62,013 nt of DNA. Origin: Acidimicrobiia bacterium (lineage in GTDB: Bacteria > Actinomycetota > Acidimicrobiia > Spongiisociales > UBA5794). This document shows, piece by piece, positions 35,614 through 44,673 of this stretch; within the stretch, counting starts at the first letter, position 1; each line of letters starts with the position of its first letter. The translations under genes and the position numbers were made by a program. The notes beneath the pieces were generated by a model. That model was not told the origin of the DNA. It saw nothing but the letters and a program-made list of their open reading frames with translations, and did not search any database. Location of the stretch: contig JBPCMS010000034.1 of NCBI GenBank assembly GCA_051002015.1, forward strand, positions 1-62,013, in the 5' to 3' direction.

Positions 35614-36875
35614 CCGTCCTCCTCCAGCGCCTGTTCGAGGGCCCCCAGGTCGGGCTCGATGACGATCGGGTGCGACCCGGCAGCGGCCACCGCGCGCCGC
35701 ACCGAGGCGATGTCCTTGAGCCCGCTGCCGGTGGACAGTACGGCCACGGTGGCGCCGGCGCCCAGCAGTCCGTCGGCAACCGCCCGCTTCACCCCGGCCC
35801 ACGCGGCGGCGGCGGCGGGCTCGGCGAACACCCCGCATCCGCGGGCCAGCACGGGGATGGCGGCGAGGATGGCGTCGTCGTCGACCCGGACGAAGGCGCC
35901 ACCGGTGGTGCGCACCGCCCGCATCGCCTTCACCCGATCGCGGGGCAGATCGGCGGAGATCGAGTCGGCGACGGTGTCCGCCGCGATCGCCTGCTTGGTG
36001 GCAACGTCCTCGCCCGACTCGAACGCCTGCACCAGGTAGTCGCTCCCCGCCGCCTGGGCTCCGAACAATCGGGGGATCCGGTCGATCCACCCCAGCCGGT
36101 CGAGCTCGACCAGCCCCTTGTGCAGCCCGCCGATGATCGATCCGTCACCGACGGCGGTGAACACGGCGTCGGGCATCGACCAGGAGAGCTGCTCGGCCAG
36201 CTCCAGCGCCGCCGTCTTCTTGCCCTCGGTGGTGTACGGGTTGATCCCGGTGTTGCGGTCGTACCAGCCGTAGTGCTCCACCGCCCGCTCGGAAAGATCG
36301 AAGGCGGCGGCGTAGTTGCCCCGCACCAGCACGACGGTGGCTCCGTAGGCGAGGAGCTGGGCCACCTTGGCCTCGGGCGCCGTCTCGGGGACGAAGATCA
36401 CGCTGCGCAGGTCCATGCTGGCGGTGACGCCGGCCAGGGCGGCGGCGGCGTTGCCGGTGCTGGCGGTGGTGATCACCTCAGCCCCGAAGCCGGCGCCGAT
36501 CACCGCCGCCATCGCCGAGGCCCGGTCCTTGAGCGAGGCGGTGGGTTGGCGGCCCTCGTCCTTCACCACCACCCTGGCGACCCCGGCCCGCTCCGCCAGC
36601 CGGGGCGCCTCGTACAGCGGGGTGCCGCCGATGGCAAGCGGTGGGAGCGCCGCTCCAGCGGCGACCGGGAGCATCCGCCGCCACCGCCACATGGTGGGGT
36701 CGGGATCGGCCGCCAGGACATGGCGACCCCACCCGTCGGTCACCCGATCCCAGTCGTACTCGACGTCGAGGGTCCCCGGCGGGCCGCAGCGGTCGCACAC
36801 GTAACGGTCGACGGCCGGCTGGTATGCGGCGGCGCACAGGACGCAGCGCAGCCCGGTGACCGCCGGCGAGATCAC
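35610..36875 (-). CDS. Threonine-synthase-like PLP-dependent enzyme with N-terminal zinc ribbon
   Basis: The zinc ribbon is CVLCAAAYQPAVDRYVCDRCG. The PLP-Lys motif is QPTASLKDRAS, followed by TASTGNAAAALAG. There is a 4-nt overlap with the carbamate kinase gene. Confidence 0.8.
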   Translation of the reverse strand: MISPAVTGLRCVLCAAAYQPAVDRYVCDRCGPPGTLDVEYDWDRVTDGWGRHVLAADPDPTMWRWRRMLPVAAGAALPPLAIGGTPLYEAPRLAERAGVARVVVKDEGRQPTASLKDRASAMAAVIGAGFGAEVITTASTGNAAAALAGVTASMDLRSVIFVPETAPEAKVAQLLAYGATVVLVRGNYAAAFDLSERAVEHYGWYDRNTGINPYTTEGKKTAALELAEQLSWSMPDAVFTAVGDGSIIGGLHKGLVELDRLGWIDRIPRLFGAQAAGSDYLVQAFESGEDVATKQAIAADTVADSISADLPRDRVKAMRAVRTTGGAFVRVDDDAILAAIPVLARGCGVFAEPAAAAAWAGVKRAVADGLLGAGATVAVLSTGSGLKDIASVRRAVAAAGSHPIVIEPDLGALEQALEEDG

Positions 36876-37810
36876 GGCACGATCCGGGTGCCGGTGTTAC
36901 CGACGACCGCCTCTCCGATGTGGCTGGGGTCGGTGATGATCACCAGCCCGCCCCCGCCCTCGAGGAACGATATCGCCGCCTCGATCTTCGGGGCCATCGA
37001 TCCTTTGGCGAAGTGGATTCCCTCGGCCAGGTATGCCCTGGCCTCCGCCAGGGAGATCTCGTCGAGGTCGATCTGCTCGGGCGTCCCGTAGTACAGCGCC
37101 ACCCTCTCGACCCCGGTGGAGATGAGCAGGAGATCGGCGCCAAGGGAGACTCCGAGCAGGGCGGCGGCGCGGTCCTTGTCGATGACGGCGGCCACCCCGC
37201 GTAGGTCGCCGTTGGGCTGGCGGACCACCGGAATCCCACCCCCGCCCACGCCGATCACGGTGGCGCCGGAGTCGAGCAGGGCGGCGATGGTTTCCAGCTC
37301 GACGATCCGCTGCGGCTCGGGCGAGGCCACCAGCCGGCGCCAGCCCCGCCCGGCGTCCTCGGCCACGTCCCATCCCTCGGTGCGCCGCTCCTCGGCCTTG
37401 GCGGCATCCATGAATGACCCGATCGGCTTGGACGGGTTCTGGAAGGCTGGATCGTCGGCGGCCACCTCGACCTGGGTGACGATGGTCACCACTCGTTTGG
37501 GCACATCCATCCGGCGCAGGTCGTTCTGCAGGTTCTGCTGCAGGGCGTAGCCGATCGCCCCCTGGGTGTCGGCTCCGCAGGCGTCGAGCGGTACTTCGTG
37601 CAGCTCGTGGGCGGCCAGCTCGGAGCGGCGCAGGATGAACCCCACCTGGGGCCCGTTGCCGTGCACGATCACGATGTCCCAGCCGTCCCGGATAAGCGGG
37701 GCGATGTGGTCGGTCGTCTCCGACGCCGCCTCGTACTGGTCCTCCACGCTCTGATGGGCCGAGTCCTTGATCAGCGAGTTGCCCCCGATGGCGACGACTG
37801 CCCTGGGCAC
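36872..37810 (-). CDS. arcC: Carbamate kinase
   Basis: 312 aa. Has MPRAVVAIGGNSL, IVHGNGPQVG, GGGGIPV and a typical C-terminal GTRIV. Confidence 0.9.
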   Translation of the reverse strand: MPRAVVAIGGNSLIKDSAHQSVEDQYEAASETTDHIAPLIRDGWDIVIVHGNGPQVGFILRRSELAAHELHEVPLDACGADTQGAIGYALQQNLQNDLRRMDVPKRVVTIVTQVEVAADDPAFQNPSKPIGSFMDAAKAEERRTEGWDVAEDAGRGWRRLVASPEPQRIVELETIAALLDSGATVIGVGGGGIPVVRQPNGDLRGVAAVIDKDRAAALLGVSLGADLLLISTGVERVALYYGTPEQIDLDEISLAEARAYLAEGIHFAKGSMAPKIEAAISFLEGGGGLVIITDPSHIGEAVVGNTGTRIVP

Positions 37811-37812
37811 GG

Positions 37813-38763
37813 CTACTCCGTCGCCCCGAGGACCAGGGCCAGCAGCGCCATCCGCATCACCACGCCGTAGTACGCCTCCTGCCAGTAGCGGGCGTGGCGG
37901 GTGGCGTCGACGTCGGGGGGTAGCTCGTCCATCCGGGGCAGCGAGTGCAGGATGATGCTGTCCCGCTTCGCCTTGGTCAGCAGCTCCCGGGTGACCCGGT
38001 AGTTGGCCGGGGTCGTCGCCCTGTCGCCGGTGTCCTCGACCCGGGACTGGGTGTAGTCGGCCTGGACCACCGGCTCCATGTAGATGATGTCGGCCTCGGC
38101 GATGACCTGGTCGACGTGCTCGGCCCGGCGGGGGTGCAGGTTGCCATCGGACAGCTCGGCGAGGAACTCGTCGGTGACCCGCATCTCGTCGGGGGAGATG
38201 AACACCAGGTCGACGTCGAACCGGGTGAGGGCGTAGCCCAACGAGTGCATGGTCCGCATCCGCCCGTCGCCGATGGCGACAAAGGTGCGGCCGTCGATCC
38301 CGCCGTGTTCCCTGGTCACCGTGTACAGGTCGGTGAGCACCTGGGTGGGGTGCTCACCCCAGCCGTCGCCGGCGTTGATCACCGGGATGCTGGCCCACTT
38401 CGCCGCCTCGTGGGGGGCACCCTGTTCGAAGTGGCGCATCACGATGACGTCGCCGTAGTACTCCAGCATGTGGACGGTGTCCTTGATCGACTCCTGGTAG
38501 AAGTCGCCTGCCCTGGTCATCTTGGGATCGGCGAACCCGAGGACGTGGCCGCCGAGCCGGTGCATCGCCGCCTCGTGCGCCAGCCGGGTGCGGGTCGAGG
38601 GCTGGTAGAAGGCGGTGAGCAGCGTCTTGTGGGCGAGCAGGTCCGTGTTGCGCCGCTCCCGGGCGATCGGCTCCAGCCGGTCGCACACCGAGAAGATGTG
38701 CTCCAACTCGGCGCGCTCGAAGTCCTTCAGCGACAGGATGTCGCGCCCGGCGAAGCTCCGCAT
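37813..38763 (-). CDS. Aspartate-carbamoyltransferase-like transcarbamylase, probably non-aspartate specificity
   Basis: ATG 38761-38763 (MRSFAGRDILSL). The carbamoyl-phosphate motifs STRTR and HPTQ and the PyrB-type HSLPR are present. The PyrB aspartate-binding motif (YMTRVQKER in E. coli) reads YMEPVVQAD here. Confidence 0.8.
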   Translation of the reverse strand: MRSFAGRDILSLKDFERAELEHIFSVCDRLEPIARERRNTDLLAHKTLLTAFYQPSTRTRLAHEAAMHRLGGHVLGFADPKMTRAGDFYQESIKDTVHMLEYYGDVIVMRHFEQGAPHEAAKWASIPVINAGDGWGEHPTQVLTDLYTVTREHGGIDGRTFVAIGDGRMRTMHSLGYALTRFDVDLVFISPDEMRVTDEFLAELSDGNLHPRRAEHVDQVIAEADIIYMEPVVQADYTQSRVEDTGDRATTPANYRVTRELLTKAKRDSIILHSLPRMDELPPDVDATRHARYWQEAYYGVVMRMALLALVLGATE

Positions 38764-38861
38764 CGAAGTCTCCTGATCGGGTCCGTTCGGGCACAGTCTG
38801 CCCACCCAGACGACGCAAGGCAGACTGTAGGTTCGTCACCCCCCGCTGCGGGCTGGACCGT

Positions 38862-40571
38862 GTGCGGCGGCGGTCGCCGATCGGGGATACTGCGTGGTCA
38901 ACTCCGCCGGTACCCTCGGGAGTGCCCTTGCCAACGACACCTGCACCGGCCGTGATCAGGGGCGCCTCCGTGCTCGACGGGACCGGGGCCGACATGGTGG
39001 TGTCCGACGTCCGGTTCGATGCCGCCGGGCTGATCACCGAGATCGAACCCTCGATCACCCCGACCGAATCCGAGACCGTGACCGACGGTCACGGCCTGGT
39101 GCTGGCCCCGGGGTTCGTCGATATGCACTCGCACTCCGACCTGTACACCATGGTGCCCGGCGACGGCGGGGCGCCCATCGGGGACGAGCCCAAGCTCCTC
39201 CAGGGATGCACCACCCAGGTGTTCGGTCAGGACGGGATCTCGGCGGCGCCGGTGCACGGCCACGACCTCGATGACTTCAGGCGGTTCCTGGCGGGGCTCG
39301 ACGGGGTGATCGACCGGGACCGGTGGACCTGGAGCAGCTTCGGCGAGTACCTGGCGGCGCTGCGGCGAGGCTCTACCACCCGGGCCGCCGGGTTGGTGGG
39401 GCACGCCACGGTGCGCCGCTACGTGATGGGGATGGCCAACCGGCCACCCACCGCAGACGAGCTGATCGAGATGCGGGCGGTGGTCGCCGACGCCCTCGAC
39501 CAGGGGGCGGCCGGGTTCTCCACCGGGCTGGTGTACGTCCCCGCCGCCTTCGCCACCACCGCCGAGGTGACCGCCCTGTGTGAGGTGGCGGCGAGCAGGG
39601 GCAAGCCGTTCTTCGTCCACGTCCGCTCCGAGTCCGAGCACGTGGTCGAGGCCACCGCCGAGGTGATCGAGGTCGCCGCCCGCTCCGGGGTCCATCTCCA
39701 CTACAGCCACATCAAGACGGCGGGGGAGCGCAACTGGGGCAAGGCGCCGGTGATGCTCGACCAGCTAGCCGCCGCCTCCTCGTCGGGGGTGCGGATCACC
39801 GCCGACATCCACCCGTACATCGCCGGGTCGTCGACGGCGATCGTGCTGCTCCCCCCGTGGCTGCAGGACGGGACCATGGCCGATATCGCCACCAGGCTGG
39901 CCGACCCGGCGGTGCGGGAGCGGGTCCGCCGTCAGATGCTCCAAGACGTCGACACCTGGGACAACTGGTACGACTTCTCCGGCGGCTGGGAGGGGCTGCG
40001 GGTGGCCGGCGCCAGCCGCGGCGAGCTGGTGGGGTCGTCCTTCGCCGACCTCATCCGGCGGGACGGGGTCGATGACACCGTGTCGCCGGCGGGCTTCGAC
40101 GTGGTGTTCGACCTGCTCGCCTCCGAGGCGTTTGGGGTGACGCTGATCTCGTTCAACAACGTCGAGGAGAACGTCTCCCGCTTCTTCGCCCAGCCGTACA
40201 CCTCGGTGGGTTCGGACGGGGTGGTCAACCCGGGAGGGCTGCCCCATCCCCGCCTGTACGGCACCTTCACTCGGGTCCTTGGCCGTCTGGTGCGCCACCA
40301 GGGTGTGGTGTCGCTCCCCGAGGCGGTGCGCAAGATGACCTCGCAGGCGGCGGACATCGTCGGGTTGGGCGATCGTCTCGGCCGGGTCGCCGTCGGTCGG
40401 GCCGCCGACCTGGTGCTGTTCGACCCGGAGCGGGTGATCGACCACGCCACATACGAGAGCCCCCGCCAACCCGGAGAGGGTGTCACTGCGGTGTGGGTGG
40501 GCGGCCGCCAGGTTGCCGCCGATGGCCGCACCCTCCCCGACATCCCCCCGGCCGAACCCGACCACGCGTGA
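38862..40571 (+). CDS. D-aminoacylase / N-acyl-D-amino-acid deacylase family amidohydrolase
   Basis: Has IRGASVLDGTG, the metal motif GFVDMHSHSD, HYSHIKTAG and a C-terminal ADLVLFDPERV. The start is uncertain: GTG 38862, or in-frame GTG 38922/38952. Confidence 0.8.
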   Translation: MRRRSPIGDTAWSTPPVPSGVPLPTTPAPAVIRGASVLDGTGADMVVSDVRFDAAGLITEIEPSITPTESETVTDGHGLVLAPGFVDMHSHSDLYTMVPGDGGAPIGDEPKLLQGCTTQVFGQDGISAAPVHGHDLDDFRRFLAGLDGVIDRDRWTWSSFGEYLAALRRGSTTRAAGLVGHATVRRYVMGMANRPPTADELIEMRAVVADALDQGAAGFSTGLVYVPAAFATTAEVTALCEVAASRGKPFFVHVRSESEHVVEATAEVIEVAARSGVHLHYSHIKTAGERNWGKAPVMLDQLAAASSSGVRITADIHPYIAGSSTAIVLLPPWLQDGTMADIATRLADPAVRERVRRQMLQDVDTWDNWYDFSGGWEGLRVAGASRGELVGSSFADLIRRDGVDDTVSPAGFDVVFDLLASEAFGVTLISFNNVEENVSRFFAQPYTSVGSDGVVNPGGLPHPRLYGTFTRVLGRLVRHQGVVSLPEAVRKMTSQAADIVGLGDRLGRVAVGRAADLVLFDPERVIDHATYESPRQPGEGVTAVWVGGRQVAADGRTLPDIPPAEPDHA

Positions 40572-40583
40572 TGAGGTGTGTCT

Positions 40584-40595
40584 GCATCATGATGC
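40584..40595. promoter_or_regulatory. 12-bp perfect palindrome upstream of vapB (candidate autoregulatory operator)
   Basis: GCATCATGATGC is nested in the inverted repeat TCTGCATC...GATGCAGA (40581-40616). It lies in a locally AT-richer segment, immediately 5' of ATG 40617. Confidence 0.4.
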
Positions 40596-40616
40596 ATGCT
40601 ACACTACGATGCAGAG

Positions 40617-40844
40617 ATGCGAACCACGATCGATCTGCCCGATGACCTCCATCGGATCGCCCGCGCCATCGCCAACGACTCGCAGCGGACCATGAGCGAG
40701 ACCGTCAGCATGCTGATGCGCCGAGGACTGGGGGAGACCGGTCCGGCGCATGTCGGCCACGATCCCGAGACCGACCTGCCGGTGGTGCATCTTGGCGCGG
40801 TCGTCACCTCCACCGACGTCGCCGCCCTGGACGATGACCGGTGA
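40617..40844 (+). CDS. vapB: Type II antitoxin, VapB-like (MRTTIDLPDDL class)
   Basis: The N-terminus is MRTTIDLPDDLHRIARAIANDSQRTMSETVSMLMRRGL. The stop overlaps the vapC start by 4 nt. Confidence 0.7.
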   Translation: MRTTIDLPDDLHRIARAIANDSQRTMSETVSMLMRRGLGETGPAHVGHDPETDLPVVHLGAVVTSTDVAALDDDR

Positions 40845-41242
40845 TGCACCTGTTGGATGGCAACGCTCTGGTCGCCCTCGTCGTCGATGATCACGTCCAC
40901 CATGGTGCGATACGATCCTGGTTCGACACCGGCCGACCATTTGCCACCTGCCCGATCACTCAGGGCACCCTGCTCCGCTTGCTGCTCCACAACCACGTCT
41001 CGGCAGGCGACTCCCGCACAGTGCTACGCCGCTTGACCGATCGCACCGACCACGATTTCTGGGCGGACGATGTCCCGTACACCGATGTCGACCTCACCGG
41101 GGTCATCGGGCACCGGCAGGTGACGGATGCGTACCTGGCGCAGTTGGCAAGGACCCGCGATGCAAGGCTTGTCACCTTCGACCGCGGATTGGCCGCGCTG
41201 CATGATGATGTCACCGACTGGCTCGACCCGACCGCCGGCTGA
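40841..41242 (+). CDS. vapC: PIN-domain toxin VapC
   Basis: 133 aa, with LLDGNALVALV at the N-terminus, acidic PIN residues and a C-terminal LVTFDRGLAAL. Confidence 0.8.
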   Translation: MMHLLDGNALVALVVDDHVHHGAIRSWFDTGRPFATCPITQGTLLRLLLHNHVSAGDSRTVLRRLTDRTDHDFWADDVPYTDVDLTGVIGHRQVTDAYLAQLARTRDARLVTFDRGLAALHDDVTDWLDPTAG

Positions 41243-41258
41243 GCCTGAGCGGATCGGC

Positions 41259-42398
41259 TCAGCCCAGATGGGAGAGCTGCTCGGCGAGGACGGCGATCCG
41301 CGAGGTGCAGGTCTCGTCCTCGGCAGGGGGCACCAGGTCGGTGAGCCGCTTGGCCACCTCGGCGATGGCGAAGGCGGCGGGCGACTCGGGGTGGGCCCTG
41401 ACCACCGGATTGCCCTCGTCGCCGCCGGCGACCACGAACGGGTCGAGCGGGACCTGCCCCAGCAGCGGCACCCCGAGGTCATCCGCCAGATCCAGACCGC
41501 CGCCGGAGCCGAACAGGTCGTAGTGCCGGCCGTCCTCGGTGGTGAACCCGGACATGTTCTCCACCACCCCCACCACCGGCATGTGCGAACGGCGGGCCAT
41601 GTCGGCCACCCGGGCCGCCACCCGCTGGGCGGCGAGCTGTGGGGTGGTGACCACCACCAGCTCGGCCTGGGGGAGCAGCCGGGCCAGCGCCATCTGGATG
41701 TCGCCGGTGCCCGGGGGCATGTCGAGGATCAGGTAGTCGAGGGTCGATGGCCAGGCGACGTCGGTGAGGAACTGCTCGAGCGCCTTGGACAGCATCAACC
41801 CGCGCCACATCAACGCCATCTGCTCGTCCTCGACGATGAGCCCGGTCGATACCACGTGGATCCCGTGTGCCTGGGTGGGAACGATGCGGCGGTCCTCACC
41901 CGCCTCGAGGCGCCTTTCGGTGACGCCCAGCATCCGGGGCACCGAGAAGCCCCAGATGTCGGCGTCGAGGAGCCCGACCGAGAACCCCTGGTCGGAGATG
42001 GCCACCGCCAGGTTGACGCTGAGCGAGGATTTGCCCACTCCGCCCTTGCCGCTGCTGACGGCGATGACCCTGGTCAGCGGGCTCACCTGGGTGGGGGTGG
42101 CGTTGTCCCTGGCGCGGCGACGGGCCCGGTCCATCAGCCGGGACCGCTCGTCCTGGCTCATGCCGGCGATGTGCACCTTCACCTGGTCGACCCCGGGCAT
42201 GGCGGTGACCTTGCGCACCACGTCGTTCTCGATCTGGTCCCGCATCGGGCAGGCGGCGATGGTGAGGGCGATGCGGATATCGACGCTCCCGCCGTCGATG
42301 TCGACGCCCTTGACCATGCCGAGCTCAACGATGTCGGCACCGAGTTCGGGGTCAATGACGCCCCGCAGCGTGGCATCGATCGAGGCTCGGTCGGGCAT
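41259..42398 (-). CDS. mrp: Mrp/ApbC/NBP35-family Fe-S cluster carrier ATPase with N-terminal DUF59 domain
   Basis: The DUF59-like N-terminus is VIDPELGADIVELGMV. It has the deviant Walker A VSSGKGGVGKSS and a CxxC-less actinobacterial type. Confidence 0.9.
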   Translation of the reverse strand: MPDRASIDATLRGVIDPELGADIVELGMVKGVDIDGGSVDIRIALTIAACPMRDQIENDVVRKVTAMPGVDQVKVHIAGMSQDERSRLMDRARRRARDNATPTQVSPLTRVIAVSSGKGGVGKSSLSVNLAVAISDQGFSVGLLDADIWGFSVPRMLGVTERRLEAGEDRRIVPTQAHGIHVVSTGLIVEDEQMALMWRGLMLSKALEQFLTDVAWPSTLDYLILDMPPGTGDIQMALARLLPQAELVVVTTPQLAAQRVAARVADMARRSHMPVVGVVENMSGFTTEDGRHYDLFGSGGGLDLADDLGVPLLGQVPLDPFVVAGGDEGNPVVRAHPESPAAFAIAEVAKRLTDLVPPAEDETCTSRIAVLAEQLSHLG

Positions 42399-42473
42399 GG
42401 GCCCATTGTAGGGGGCACCGGCTCCCCTCCCCCGCAGGTCCCCAGGTCCGGACGTCGGCCAGTCGTCGGCTCG

Positions 42474-42633
42474 AACTTCAGCGGATTGCGCATCGCCAGG
42501 GGTACGCAGAACCTTAGGTTCGGTGATCCGCCCCCAACATCAGCGGATCGCGTGTCACCACGACACGCCACGGCCTTAGGTTCAACTTCAGCGGATCGCG
42601 TGTCGTGGCGACACGTAGGAACCTCAGGTTCGG
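42474..42633. repeat. Three tandem ~50-bp intergenic repeats with internal hairpins
   Basis: Units start at 42474, 42536 and 42584. The pattern is AAC(T/A)TCAGCGGAT(T/C)GCG-hairpin-CCT(T/C)AGGTTC. Internal stems are GCGTGTC/GACACGC and CGTGTCG/CGACACG. The array lies between mrp (minus) and the VOC gene (plus). Confidence 0.7.
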
Positions 42634-42678
42634 CGAGGGACCTTGCCTGGGGCCGCTCCGGTGGGCCATGATGGAGGC

Positions 42679-43050
42679 ATGCTCGATCATCTCTCCATCC
42701 AGGTCGCCGACCTGGGCAGGGCCGCCGAGTTCTACGACGCGGTGCTCGCTCCGCTCGGCGGCCGGCGCCTCCTCGAACGCCCCGGGGTCATCGGCTACGG
42801 CGTGGACTTCCCCGACTTCTGGATCGGCATCGAGGAGACCCACGGCGACATCCGCCAGGAGGCGCACATCGCCTTCCGCGCCGCCGACCGGGCCGCCGTC
42901 AACGCCTTCCGCCAGGCCGCCGCCGCCCGGGGGATGGAGGTGCTCCACGAGCCAAGGGAGTGGCCCGAGTACCACGAGGGCTACTACGGGGCATTCGTGC
43001 GAGATCCGGACGGGAACAATGTCGAGGCCGTGTGCCACACCACCGAATGA
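42679..43050 (+). CDS. VOC/glyoxalase-family protein
   Basis: MLDHLSIQVADLGRAAEFYDAVL .. AHIAFRA .. FVRDPDGNNVEAV. ATG 42679 is preferred over TTG 42643. Confidence 0.8.
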   Translation: MLDHLSIQVADLGRAAEFYDAVLAPLGGRRLLERPGVIGYGVDFPDFWIGIEETHGDIRQEAHIAFRAADRAAVNAFRQAAAARGMEVLHEPREWPEYHEGYYGAFVRDPDGNNVEAVCHTTE

Positions 43051-43121
43051 CCGCCGCTCTCGGAATGCCGGCATGGTGTTGATGGTTTGGCCATATACTG
43101 AGGCCAGGAGGGCTTGCACAT

Positions 43122-43502
43122 ATGACCACCACCGAGCACACCGAGACCATCGAGGACGTCACCGCCGTCGCGACGCCTGCCGTCTCCCTCAGTGACGCCG
43201 CCGCCGACAAGGTGCGCGAGCTGATCGAGGCCGAGGGTGATCCCAGCCTGGCGTTGCGTCTCGCCGTGCGTCCAGGTGGATGCTCCGGGTTCTCCTACGA
43301 CATGTTCTTCGACACCCAGATCGACGACACCGACGTGGTGTCCGAGAAGGGCGGGGTCCGCCTGGCGGTGGACGCCGAGTCTGCGGCGATGCTGAGCGGC
43401 GCCGTGGTCGACTACAAGAACCAGGGTCTCCAGGGTGCGGGGTTCGCCGTCAGCAACCCCAACCAGACCCGCTCCTGCGGCTGCGGCCAGTCCTTCTGCT
43501 GA
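43122..43502 (+). CDS. HesB/IscA/ErpA-type Fe-S cluster insertion protein
   Basis: 126 aa. Has RLAVRPGGCSGFSY and the C-terminal NPNQTRSCGCGQSF motif. Confidence 0.9.
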   Translation: MTTTEHTETIEDVTAVATPAVSLSDAAADKVRELIEAEGDPSLALRLAVRPGGCSGFSYDMFFDTQIDDTDVVSEKGGVRLAVDAESAAMLSGAVVDYKNQGLQGAGFAVSNPNQTRSCGCGQSFC

Positions 43503-43565
43503 TGGCGATGGTGCCCCTCGTCCCTGGGCGGCTGTCAGGCCACGGCAGCGCCTGAGACCGTCAGT

Positions 43566-44132
43566 TCACCGCGACCCCGGCGACGGCGAGACCGAGGGCT
43601 GCTGCGGCGTGTAGGTGAGCACCACGATGCCGGTGCTGAACGTCGTATGGTCCACCAGCTTCAGGTGGGTCGTCTCGATGCCCTCGATGAGCCGCTGACC
43701 GCTTCCCGCCAGGACGGGGAACATCCAGAAGTGGTACTCGTCCACCAGCTTGTGCTCCAGCAGGGTGCGGTCGAGCTCGCCGGTACCGAACTTCAGGATG
43801 TTGTCGCCCGGCAGCTCCTTCAGGCTCGCCACCGCCTCGGCGACATCACCCTCGAGGACGGTGGCGTTCCAGGTGGGGTCTTCGAGCATGGTGGAGGCCA
43901 CGTACTTGGGAAGGCTGTTGATGCGGTCGGTGTACGGGTCCCCCGACCGGGTGGGCCACGCCTGGGCAAACCCCTCGTAGGTGGCCCGACCCAGCAGCAG
44001 GGCGTCGGCGGCGAACAGCAGCCTGCTGGCGTACTCGTTGTGCTCCTCGTTCCAGTAGGGCGGGCTCCACTTCTCCGGTGAGCCGATCACACCGTCCAGG
44101 GTCACGAACGTCGACTCGACAAGCTTGCGCAT
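43566..44132 (-). CDS. Dihydrofolate-reductase-family protein (RibD C-terminal domain)
   Basis: ATG 44130-44132 after GAGGAGA. Has MRKLVESTFVTLDGVIG, LLLGRATYEGF and KFGTGEL. Confidence 0.8.
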   Translation of the reverse strand: MRKLVESTFVTLDGVIGSPEKWSPPYWNEEHNEYASRLLFAADALLLGRATYEGFAQAWPTRSGDPYTDRINSLPKYVASTMLEDPTWNATVLEGDVAEAVASLKELPGDNILKFGTGELDRTLLEHKLVDEYHFWMFPVLAGSGQRLIEGIETTHLKLVDHTTFSTGIVVLTYTPQQPSVSPSPGSR

Positions 44133-44259
44133 GGTGGCTCTCCTCAGGTGGGGTCGGGTGCTTGCTCCGTATCTGACCACAGCCGGCGGCACAACTCATC
44201 GGGCGCCGTCGGGCCGGGAGCCGATAGCGTGTCTCCACCAGCCAGCTCCGGAGGACCGC

Positions 44260-44640
44260 TTGCCCAAGACCATCCCGTCCATACCGTCCGCCCCCACGCC
44301 GCTCGGGCCCTACTCGCCGGCGACGGAGGCCAACGGCTTCGTGTTCCTGTCCGGCCAGGTCGGGCTCGACCCGGCCACCGGGGCCCCGGTCGGCGTCGAG
44401 GTCGCCGCCCAGACCCACCAAACGATGCGCAACATAGGGGCGATGCTGGGCGACCTCGGGCTCGGCTACCAGGACATCGTGAAGACCACCATCTTCCTCG
44501 CCGACATCGCCGACTTCCCCTCGGTCAACGAGGCATACGCCGAATACGTGGAGGACAGCCGACCGGCCCGGTCGACGGTGGGGGTCGCCGCCCTCCCCGG
44601 GGGCTTCCGGGTCGAGATCGAGGTCGTCGCCGCCCGGTAG
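44260..44640 (+). CDS. ridA: RidA/YjgF-family reactive-intermediate deaminase
   Basis: TTG 44260 with GGAGGA 5 nt upstream. Has PLGPYSPATEANGFVFLSGQVGLDP and ARSTVGVAALPGGFRVEIE. Confidence 0.85.
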   Translation: MPKTIPSIPSAPTPLGPYSPATEANGFVFLSGQVGLDPATGAPVGVEVAAQTHQTMRNIGAMLGDLGLGYQDIVKTTIFLADIADFPSVNEAYAEYVEDSRPARSTVGVAALPGGFRVEIEVVAAR

Positions 44641-44673
44641 CATTGGCCCCACGGTCTCCAGGAGGTTCCGCCG

